A DNA stretch of 32,000 nucleotides, taken from the NCBI RefSeq assembly GCF_000400465.1, contig NW_008806274.1, forward strand, positions 300,244 to 332,243, written 5' to 3'. The position numbers and the translations under genes were made by a program. Positions 21,271 through 31,005 of the stretch are shown here, piece after piece; position 1 is the first letter of the stretch; the number at the start of each line of letters is the position of its first letter. Source of the DNA: Wallemia ichthyophaga EXF-994. Its lineage: Eukaryota; Fungi; Basidiomycota. Below the pieces are notes generated by a model. The model was not told where the DNA came from, made no database searches, and worked only from the letters and a program-made list of their open reading frames with translations.

Positions 21271-21606
21271 TCACATGATTGAGTGTAGTAATCTGCTGAG
21301 TTCTTGTCGAATTGGAACCTATAAATGGTATAAGTGGTGTGTTTTTGTATTCAAATTTACTTTCATTTGCGTATTTACGTCAAATTGTGGTCCACGTTCT
21401 CTTCTAGCCCAAATCAAGTGTGAGTTCCTGGAATTTTGAGTGTGTACACTAACAATCATCTCCGCTCACCACTCAGCTGCATTTAGAGTTCCATCTGTAG
21501 TATTTGATTGTTTGAATTCACTTGGCTGATTCGACTGATTCGACTGATTCGGCTGATTTTTAGATATTTTTGTACATATTACACGAGGACAATCTGTAGA
21601 CCTCAT
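21271..21606 (-). CDS. Small 3-exon orphan protein (83 aa), not in the ORF track
   Basis: ATG at 21606. Introns 21469-21428 (GTGAGC..CCAG) and 21360-21319 (GTAAAT..TATAG) each remove an in-frame stop. Product MRSTDCPRVICTKISKNQPNQSNQSNQPSEFKQSNTTDGTLNAAEWNSHLIWARRERGPQFDVNTQMKVPIRQELSRLLHSIM. Confidence 0.6.
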
Positions 21607-21709
21607 CTGTGCTTATAGTTTGGCTTATCGGGCGTCTGCGATCAAGAGATGATGGCTATTTTCCATCATCTATTACCATCATCATCTATAAATTAATTAT
21701 CAAATTTAA

Positions 21710-22729
21710 ATGGATGAAGCTGCAGTAGTTACAACAGAATTCGTCAATAGCTTGGATAATCTACAAGAGGAATTTAAATTTATTTTGAATGAAATTAGGC
21801 TGAGAGATGAGTCGTCTACAGAGATACGCGACGGAATATACGGTAAAGAGATTGAGTTGAATACGGCAATGAAAGGTAGTAAAGATGTCCCAGATGATAC
21901 TTTCATAAACATCGAATACGATAAACTTGAGAAACTCTCAATTGAAAAGCTAGATTGGTCAAATAAGCTCAAGATTCTAATCGATAAACATGTCAATAGG
22001 GTTAATGTGGATTTGAATACTGTCCATAATCTATCAACTGCTAATGGTAATGTTAATCCCATGTCACCTGCTACCATCACTTTTAATCAAGCTCCACAAA
22101 CTCCAACTCCTGCTTCATCGAATAAGCCTGGACAGTCAATCAATACAGCAACAGCAACTACAGCAACAGCAACAACCACATCAACCAACACACCGTCCCA
22201 TAAAAGACCATCATTATCTGAAAAATCAACAACTCCTGCTCCAGATTTACCACCTAAAAAGCGTAAATTGAGTGCTCTTAATCCGGGTATTAACGGTGGT
22301 AATAGTAATGGTATTAGCAATACTAGTAGTAACGTTAATAACACAAGAAAACACCGTCAATCCTCCAATAAACAAAGTGAAAGTGATCTAGATGATTCAT
22401 CTAATGACCAGGACCAGGATCAGGACAATGACAACGACAACGACAACGCCATTGACAATGACTCACTGACTGATTCTAACAAAGGTGGTGGTATTGGTGA
22501 GGCAGACGAAGATGACGCTGCTTATTGCTACTGTCAGAAGAAGTCATACGGTAATATGATTGGTTGTGAAAACGACGACTGTCCAATATCATGGTTCCAC
22601 TTTGGTTGCGTAAATATAAAACCACCAGAGCCAGATGTCTGGTATTGCACAGAATGTAAGAATAAACTTGGAATACCCACACAAACGCCATCAAAGAAGT
22701 TATTACAATCGATAAAGAAGAGAAAGTGA
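21710..22729 (+). CDS. ING-family PHD finger protein (Yng2/Pho23-like)
   Basis: N-terminal ING helical domain (EFVNSLDNLQEEFKFILNEIRLRD) and C-terminal PHD YCYCQKKSYGNMIGCENDDCPISWFHFGCV..WYCTEC. Confidence 0.92.
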   Translation: MDEAAVVTTEFVNSLDNLQEEFKFILNEIRLRDESSTEIRDGIYGKEIELNTAMKGSKDVPDDTFINIEYDKLEKLSIEKLDWSNKLKILIDKHVNRVNVDLNTVHNLSTANGNVNPMSPATITFNQAPQTPTPASSNKPGQSINTATATTATATTTSTNTPSHKRPSLSEKSTTPAPDLPPKKRKLSALNPGINGGNSNGISNTSSNVNNTRKHRQSSNKQSESDLDDSSNDQDQDQDNDNDNDNAIDNDSLTDSNKGGGIGEADEDDAAYCYCQKKSYGNMIGCENDDCPISWFHFGCVNIKPPEPDVWYCTECKNKLGIPTQTPSKKLLQSIKKRK

Positions 22730-22739
22730 AGAAAGTGGA

Positions 22740-23027
22740 TTATGTTTTATCATTATTAGGCTCGTTACTCTCATTAAATTGTTGTATTATCTCGTTTAAA
22801 TCACTTTCTTCACTTATTTGTGCTAATTCTCTACGTGTTTTCAACTTCCACTGCACCAATCCAATAAGTCTATCTTTCTCTTCTCTAAAGGTCTTTGGAT
22901 GTGTCTCATGGAGGTAAAAAGCAAATAAGCCTGTGAATACGCCGAGAATTGGGTCTAAAGATCTACAAATGCTTGTTAGATGTGAGTAGAATGAATATTA
23001 ATCTACTAACTTTGAAATTAAATGCAT
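22740..23027 (-). CDS. NCE101: Non-classical export protein Nce101 (79 aa), not in the ORF track
   Basis: ATG at 23027; intron 23010-22963 (GTTAGT..TCTAAC..TGTAG). Product MHLISKSLDPILGVFTGLFAFYLHETHPKTFREEKDRLIGLVQWK.. matches the recalled Nce101 motif (L.S...DP.L.V..G..A.YL.E). Confidence 0.85.
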
Positions 23028-23122
23028 TTTGTAAATATCAATGACAGGTTGTTGATAGATGCTGCTGCACCTCTCTTGTTATCATACACCGTGAATTTAA
23101 ATTGAAATTTGAAATATAAAAT

Positions 23123-23523
23123 ATGGTTAGTGATGTGTGTATATCTGAGCGTCACTCACTCCTACACAGTCACGCTCAAGCTCACAAGGAATCCAAACAC
23201 TGCTAGAGGCAGAGAGAGAAGCAGGATTGATCGTCCAACAAGCACGAGAGTACAGAACACAGAAACTCAAAGATGCTAGAATCGATGCACAGAAGGAGGT
23301 TGATGAGTTGAAGCGTGTTAGGGAGTCCACGTTCAAGGATATGCAGGATGAATCCACCGATACCCAATCAACGCATAAGAAGCAAGTTGAACATGATACT
23401 GAGAAGGCTTTGAGTGAGCTAGTCGTACAATTCCAAGATAAAAAGATAATCGTTGTTGATAAGCTTCTTGGGAGAGTGACGCACACGACTAATCAACTCC
23501 ATCGAAATGTAAATAAAGTTTAA
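23123..23523 (+). CDS. VMA10: V-type ATPase subunit G
   Basis: ATG|GTTAGT..CACAG|SRSSSQGIQTLLEAEREAGLIVQQAREYRTQKLKDARIDAQKEVDE. Confidence 0.95.
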
Positions 23524-23524
23524 A

Positions 23525-24145
23525 TTAAAAAGATTCATTCGCTATAACCTGACTAGATTCTACTTGATCTACATCGTCTGCCTCGTCTTCTTCTTCCTCT
23601 TCTTGGCCTTGCTCTAGGTCTATGTCCTCGCCGTGTAACTCCCTTTTCAACTCATCTATAGACGCAGCGTGCCCCTTGGGCAGCAACTCATCCAGTGCCA
23701 AATCATCCCATTTTAATGCTGGATCATGACGTTGATTCGTACCACTGAGCTGATCAACAACTGAATCAACTCCTGGACCTGGTGCATCTTTGAGCTGTTT
23801 CAGGGGATTTCCATAGGGGTACGAAGGGTGTATAGATGAGGGTAGCGTGGCTATTGGGGTTATTGTATGTTTCATAGATAATACATGAACGCACCTTCCT
23901 CCTCGTCTTTGGTCATAGGAAGTAAATCCAAAGGTACTTGAATGTCTGTGGAGTGTGTAAGTATCAACACGGCTACCACACTGCACCGATTAACCTTCAA
24001 AAGGTAAATCCTGCCTCAACAAATCACTCAAATCGTTGTTGAAATTTTGATCAAATTTCTTGAAGTGTAGAAAACAATATCTGTTATCCTGCTCATATTA
24101 ATATTCAATATTCAATTCTCCAACTCCTCAACCACCTACTCCCAT
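23525..24145 (-). CDS. APC13: Anaphase-promoting complex subunit 13 (Apc13/Swm1), 158 aa
   Basis: Four exons (introns 24139-24089, 23994-23946, 23894-23851) give MGDNRYCFLH..RQDLPFEDIQVPLDLLP..KWDDLALDEL, matching the Apc13 D.LP.ED..VP and KW.DLAL motifs. Confidence 0.8.
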
Positions 24146-24149
24146 CGTG

Positions 24150-26529
24150 ATGGTCACCGTCACTAACAACACATCATCAATAGTCGCAGATGCTTTCAAG
24201 TCTCCGGTATGTTGAATGTGTATCCATGTATCAACTTACAAGTCCAGGATGACCTCGCAAAGCTCTCTACTTTCAAAAACAAGTTACTCAAAGAACGCGC
24301 TGTAATTGAAACTAAATTGAAATCCGGCGTTGCTGAGCAGCTTGATATTACTAGAGACGCTATCAGAAAGCTTTACCTCACTAGATCTGATGTTAAACGG
24401 GTTTCTCAGGGTATGTCTAGTGTTGGTGACAGTAGCAGTGGTATTACACCCACAATCTCTTTCTCTAAAATATCTCAAGTTGCAATGATACATCGTAACT
24501 TTGGTCAAGTCGAGGAGACTGTACACAACTTGAAAGAAATGTACACTAAGATTCAATTCTTAGAATCTTGGTTGGATTCTGATAGTGAAGATCCTCAAGG
24601 TCCACATGACAACCTTATTCCAATTCACAGCGAATTATCTCAACTAGAGAATTTTAAATTTCAAGCTTTATACCAAGCCAATGAGCTCGATATCCACACG
24701 AGAGACACTCTCAACAAACACTTTGACACGCTCAACACCCTCATTCAACAGTTCGAGCTCCATTTAGAGGATCTCTCCAAGCATATTCTCGATATCGTCA
24801 GATATGGCGACTCTTCCGTCGTGGAGAGGTTGGTTCTGATTGTCGAGCATGAGCAAGGGGAGGATGACAAAGTGATGGAATTCAAAAAGCTCATCGAGGC
24901 GAACGACGAGTCAAAGCACGACCGGTACAAGCAGATGCAAGCGAACTCGCGCGTGATAAAAAAGACAAAGCAGAAGTTATTTGACGATATAAGAGGTGGA
25001 GTGAGTGAGTTATTCGATGCAGCCGAAGAGCAAGGTCAAATAGAGCAAGATGCCGGGGGGTATCTCTCGACGCTCGAGTGGATATACGAGGACTATGAGG
25101 ACATAGCTAGCAAAGTGCAAGTGCTATTCCCCAGCGAGTACAACATCCACTATATCTACACACGCGCCTACCACGAGCGACTCGATGCGTCGTTACAACG
25201 CATAGTGGCGAGCGAGCCTGAGGCAAGGGTTTTACTTGCGCTACACGATTTCGTGCGCCGCTACGCCACCGAGATGAAGAGACTGAATATACCACCAGAG
25301 TGGACCACCGACCCTCCCCTTCTTGACGGGCGGGAGCAGGAGCTGATAGAAGATTATGTTGCACTGCTCACGCGCAAGCTTGACGAGTGGTCGCGCAACC
25401 TGATGTCAGACGAGAAGAAGGAGTTCAGCCATCGCGCTCACCCGCCTGAGGTAGATGGCGACGGGCTGTGGGGGATGCAGGGAGCCGTCATCCTCTTCCA
25501 GATGATCAACTCGCAAACAGAACTAGCCGCAGGTAGTGGACAGGGCGGTGTGCTGGCGCGCGTAGTCGGCGAGTGCTCCCGCGTCATTCGCTCCGTTCAG
25601 ACCGACTGGACAAGCTTGATAGCGGCGGAGACGGCGCAAATGGCCAAGAAACCCGAGTCAGTCGCTAATGGACTGGGTGAATATCTTATTGCACTAGCTA
25701 ATGACCAAATCAAGTCGGCCGATTTTACGGAAACTCTCCTCACTCGCACCGAAGCCCTCGTGAGCGATAAGTATAAAGACGTCATACAGCGTCACCTCAA
25801 CGATGCTATGGATGGCAGTCTCGATGTTGCGCGCAGGTGTATCGAGGTCATTGTCGATATCATCTTCGCAGATCTCAAACCAGCTGTGAAGGGTCTCTTT
25901 GGGAATGCCTGGTTTGAGGAGTCGCTCGTCGTACAGATTCTCGAAACTATGCGCGACTATCTCGAAGACTGGTCCGATTTCATTAACGTTTCACTAAGGG
26001 AGCTCCTCGTTGAGTGTCTGCTCCATGAGTTCCTCGTCACTTACCTCAAGGCACTCAAGAACTGCTCACGCATCCGGGTAGGGCCTTTCGTACAGCAGAT
26101 CAAGGCTGATATGGCGGAAGTGCACACTTTCTTCAAATCCCATCGCAAGGCGGGTGATATACAGGATGATTTGGAGATCATAGATAGAGTTGTTTCCCTG
26201 CTGACGTCTTCTGAGTCTATGGTATATCTCGACTATTTCGTAAGTGCTGTTGTCTTTAAGGCGCATTCTCTGTCTCTCTTTTTAGCATTCTCACACTCCA
26301 TAGCCCTTCGCTAAACGTCACGGCCCTTGTCTCGCTTTCGTCTCGAGCCTCATCAGGGCGCGCGACGACTTGGAGAAACGCGAAGTGAGGGATATGGTCG
26401 ATACTATACACAGGAAAGCGGAAGAAGAGAAATTCCCTGAACGTGGGTAGCGCAGGAGGTTCAATTATTCATCGCTAACACACTCCTCACACAGCTGATC
26501 CACCAACTATTATGAGCCGCATAAATTGA
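24150..26529 (+). CDS. SEC6: Exocyst complex component Sec6
   Basis: Exon 1 MVTVTNNTSSIVADAFKSP|DDLAKL; ISQVAMIHRNFGQVEE, LFQMINSQ, LIALANDQIKSADFTE; last exons end DPPTIMSRIN* at 26529. Confidence 0.93.
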
Positions 26530-27105
26530 CTTGTACATTAATACCACCCCCTGCATCTTTCTGAGTGTGTTACTGCGGCTGCGATCACTTTGCCCTCGCG
26601 TGCCTGGCAGTTTCTATAATTAGCGTCGCGCCGAATACCAAAAGTAGCGCGAAGGTGGCTGAAGAAAGCTATACGATCACGCTGGCACTGGCAGGCATGA
26701 AGATGACATTGGTCACTCGAACGGTTCGAGGAATGTGAAGAGTGCGAAGAGTGCGAGGAATGCGGAAACGAAGAAGAGCACACACCAATGAGTGGTGTGG
26801 AAGGTGGTATAATTTAGTACAAACACCCATATTTGATCCCAAAAGACAAGATATCAACCTCGTTGCTGTTTATATCTCCTAAGGCACGTTTCCTGCACAA
26901 GCGTCCGCCATCTAATTACAGTTGTCTTTCTTTGTTAAAGCGCATGCAATCATGTGCAAATGCAATTAAAATGAATCCATTTTCATTTTAGATTCACAAG
27001 ACCCTGGCAGGTGATGAATTTTTGATTCAGCTGCGCCTGTCACGCAAAGCGTTTGTTGTGAATCAGTCTCCAGCACAACCAACGCCTCAAGAAAAATCGA
27101 TATCC

Positions 27106-28186
27106 ATGATGCTTCGTACAGCAGCTCTCCTCACACTCGCTTCATACGTCTTAGGACACGGCTACATTAGTGAATGTAAGTGAGAGTGTGCGCGGTGAAT
27201 ACAAATACACGCGCATACACACACACACTCCAAAATCAGCTAACGCCCCGCTCAGTCTACATCGGCGACCAACGCCACGATGGTTCCCAAGCCTCTCAGG
27301 CTGGCCCAGCGTGAGTCAGGGCATAATGTATTCCTGTCTCTGCTAATGTCCGTCCAGCATACGTGGTGTTCCAAGTGACTTGGGATATGTCAAATAGTGA
27401 GCCTCATCCCTCGCCGTCTCCTACCACCTAATTCGCCCCTTCCAGCTGGAACCTCAACAATGCAAACGTTGTAAGTAAAATTTTCACCTACCCAACCAAC
27501 TTAACAAAGCGCAGGTATGTAATGAAAACGGCAACCAGCCAGCACAGCAGACAGTAGACGCGTACGCAGGCGACGTGGTCAAGATGCGCTGGCACGGTGA
27601 CCGCGGTCCTACCGGCGACTACTGGGGGCACTACGAGGGACCGATCATGTCGTACATGGTTCCATGTAATGGTGACTGCACGCAGTTCACACCAGACGAA
27701 AACACTATGATGTTCAAACTCGACGAGGCTGGTCTCGACACATCGAAGCCACGCTCTCCTCAAGGCTTCTGGCCTACTAGACCTTCCGGACAAGGTCAAT
27801 GGGCTCAGGACAGGATGTCGACTGAGCAGCAATCATGGTGGCAGACCACCATCCCATCCGATCTCGCTGAAGGTCAATACCTCCTCAGAAACGAAATCAT
27901 CAACTTGGCTTCAGCTAAAAGCGCTAACCCTGGTGGACACACTTGGCCAGGCGGTATCCAGTCCTACCCACAATGTATCCAGCTTAATGTTAAGGGCGGT
28001 CAAGGCGTCACACCACCTATGACCAAGGCTACAGAAGTCTTCACTGAGGATGACAAGTTCTTGAACATCTACACTCCAGGTCCTGATGGTATTGCTTCTT
28101 ACGATATCCCAGGCCCTGCTCCATACGTTCCTGGCTCTAATAACCAGAAACGTATGCGTCGTCACTCTCGCCGTAACGCTCACTAA
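27106..28186 (+). CDS. Secreted AA9 (GH61) lytic polysaccharide monooxygenase, atypical
   Basis: 17-aa signal peptide, then His1 (HGY, codon 27157-27159). Four short N-terminal introns; VCNENG..VDAYAGDVVKMRW, GHYEGPIMSYMVPC.GDC, GQYLLRNEII, QSYPQCIQLNV. Confidence 0.85.
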
Positions 28187-28421
28187 GTTAGCTCTTTGAC
28201 TCTTTAAATAGAGTGGAATCACTTTCTCTTTTTAACCATTTACGTTTCTTAGCTTTATCTTTCCACGACATTTCTCGGACTGGTTTCGGATCTTGTCTTA
28301 TTTTTATTGTCATAAATTGTTCTTGAGTGCAAGTATATTTTTGTCTGAAGGCGCTATTTTGTTGCTCTCACAACTCATTTATATGTTTACAACAGGTTTT
28401 AATATGCAAGATGAAGATACT

Positions 28422-30872
28422 CTAACGACGCGACGAGCGAGCAGCAACCAACCTGTCGCGTTCTGAACGCTGATTTTGCCAATGGAAGGTGGCATTTCTA
28501 AGGCTTGTCAGTCGAGTACACACAACACACGGAAACCCACCTCATTCTGTTTATTGCAATCACCGCAAATGCTGCACTGCGGAATTTGGTCGATGCTTTC
28601 TTTTGTGGACGCTTTGCCATCTCTTCCATAAATCCTATCTTGGATATAGCTGCGATAGTGGCGTCTTGTCTGTAAAGCCGTGTTAGTTTTGTGACCACGT
28701 GCAATGTATACACCTACGTCAATCTCAATCCTCCGACTAATAGTAACAGGTACTTTTTTTGACAGATAAGATCCTCTCGCAATGTCCTCTCTCGTGAGAA
28801 TTTGGCTTTGTGATACTTGATCTCTATAACAAGACCACGGCGTTCCTTTATAAAGTTGTTGCGCTCCTCCATCGACATACTATCTCTTCTGCTGTTCAGC
28901 TGAGCTTCCAATGCACGTACATTAGCTTCAGAAGACGTGAGCTCATCTCTGAGCTTGTTGTGTGATGCCATTTTACGATGCTCTAATCCATCACGCTCAT
29001 TCTTGAGCATCTCAAGATCTTGTCCGAGTATGATAAACTCTCTGTTCATCCTGTTGAGATCTTTTTCTTGTCTGGCGAGTTCTTCGTGTGTGTCTCTGCC
29101 CTCTTCCTGCAACTCCGCATTAAGTTTTTGGAGTTCTTCACACTCATCCACCTTGGAGTCGTACCTCCTTCTCATTTGTGCTGTCTCCGTCAGTTTATTC
29201 TCCAATCTCATCACCTTTGTCTCTGCCTTCTGGAGCTCATCTTGTAGCGTATCGCTCAGCTTTCGTATTACGTCAGCTGATTTTGGTTTACTTTTATAAT
29301 TTCGACGCCTACCTTGACAATGTTCTCTCGCTCTGCAATTAGTGCTTCTATCGACTTCCTATCCTCATCCTGACCTTCATGTACTTTCTGCAGCTCAATC
29401 TCCAAATCGTGAACTTTGTCACTACTTTCCATCAACTTATTGATTATAGACTTCTGGTCAAAGCCACTCTTTCCTAGCATGCGCAGATTGTTATCTACTT
29501 GGCTATTAGCACCATCTAGTTGCTCTCTGAGAGCAGCTACTTGTGCTAATAGTGGCTGTACATCTCCAGCTCCGATCGTTGTTTGGTTCAACCAGGTATC
29601 ATGACCCATCCACTCAGGTGTAGCTGGTGTCTTTGGCATCTTGAGGTTGATGACGCTCTTGTGAATAGCTGGTGTAGCGTCAATCGTGTCATATCTAGAT
29701 TTGTTCCTTGGTGTAGATTGGTTTTGCGATGGACTGCGTGTTTTCAACATGTATACTTCCTCATTGAGTCTCCTAGTGTCCATTCTCAAATTCTCCATCT
29801 CAATCTGATTCGATTGTAGTTGTTGATCCATATCTTGGTTCACTTCCTTGTACTCCTCCATACGACTATTGTACATCGTTTGACGACGCTCGAGCTCGAC
29901 ATCCAGATCTTGAAGGTCAGCCTCAAGTCTGCCAATCGCACGCTCATACTTATCTTTCTCGTGGTCAAAGTCTCTATTGAATTTGCGTGCATCATTAACT
30001 TCCTTGCTCAGTTGATACTTGTCGTTGTCAAGGTTCGCTACTTCCTCTTCGAGCTTTTTAGACCGCGATTTGTAATGTAACACTTCGTCTTGAAGTTTAT
30101 CCACTGTGTAAGATAGCTTTTGCACCTCATCTGATGATGTTTGAGATTTTGATGTATGTAAACGATTGATTTCATCTCTCAGCTGCTGTGTCTCCGCATA
30201 GTGTTCATCTCCAATTAATCTTAGCTGCTCTTGAGCTTCAAAGGCATCCTCTTTCGCAGTTTCGAGTGCAGAAACAAGCTGATTGTTCTCCGTTGCGAGG
30301 TGTTCGTTGAGTGAATTCAAATAAGAGTTCAACTTGGTGCCATCGAATCTATTACCTGATTCGTTTGCAGTGATGTTTGCATTAAAGTTGTTTGGTTGAC
30401 GCGGAGTTATAAGATCGCTGTTAGATGAAGCAAAAGATGGATCGTTGTTATCGTTAGTATCATTGTTATCATTGTTATTCTCTAGAGGCTTCCTTGAGAA
30501 TGAAACTGTCTTAGGGAATGGTGTCGTGTTGACATTTGGCTTTGCCTTATCCTTCATAGCAGACATGAGTACATTTGGTTGACTTGTTAGTCGTTTTGAC
30601 GCGTCTTTTGGTGTTTTGTTGAATTTATTTGGCGTTTGAGCAACATCTGATATTACTTTAGGTCTTTCAACCTCTTTAAAGCCCTCCTTAACGTTCTCCT
30701 TGACTTTCTCCTTAACGTTTTCCTTAACTTGTGTCGCTGTCTCGTTCGATTCAGTCTCCGTCAAGCCTGAATACTCCTGATCATCAATCGAAGGCAGAGA
30801 AACAAGCTCCTCCTTATCCTCCTCATTTATCCTCCTTAAAATCCGCGAAGGTGTCTCGTTGAGCTTGAGCAT
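28422..30872 (-). CDS. Spindle-pole-body coiled-coil protein with C-terminal PACT domain (Pcp1/Spc110/pericentrin family)
   Basis: Long heptad coiled coil; C-terminus KFSRERTLREDLICQKKYLLLLV..KFRSAAFAVIAINRMR. Three introns; stop TAG 28424-28422. Confidence 0.8.
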
Positions 30873-31005
30873 TTGATGATGACGATATGAACTAAGTCAA
30901 CCTTTTGTACATTTGGTTATAAATTGGGTATTAATAGATGAAAATCATTTTCTACAAATCTTTAACAAAATTATTATCTTTGAAATCGGGTAAATTCTTT
31001 CTCGT

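Noticed and set aside
21526-21558. 9-bp tandem repeat as a CRISPR-like or mobile-element repeat
   Set aside because: No spacers, only about four units, eukaryotic context, and it is in frame within a coding exon.
21320-21620. Apparent chain of plus-strand 5' UTR introns for the ING gene, with four tandem CTGAT branch-like motifs
   Set aside because: Better explained by the minus-strand 83-aa gene, where the 9-bp repeat encodes NQS/NQP and both introns remove stops. The plus-strand exons give no sensible ORF.
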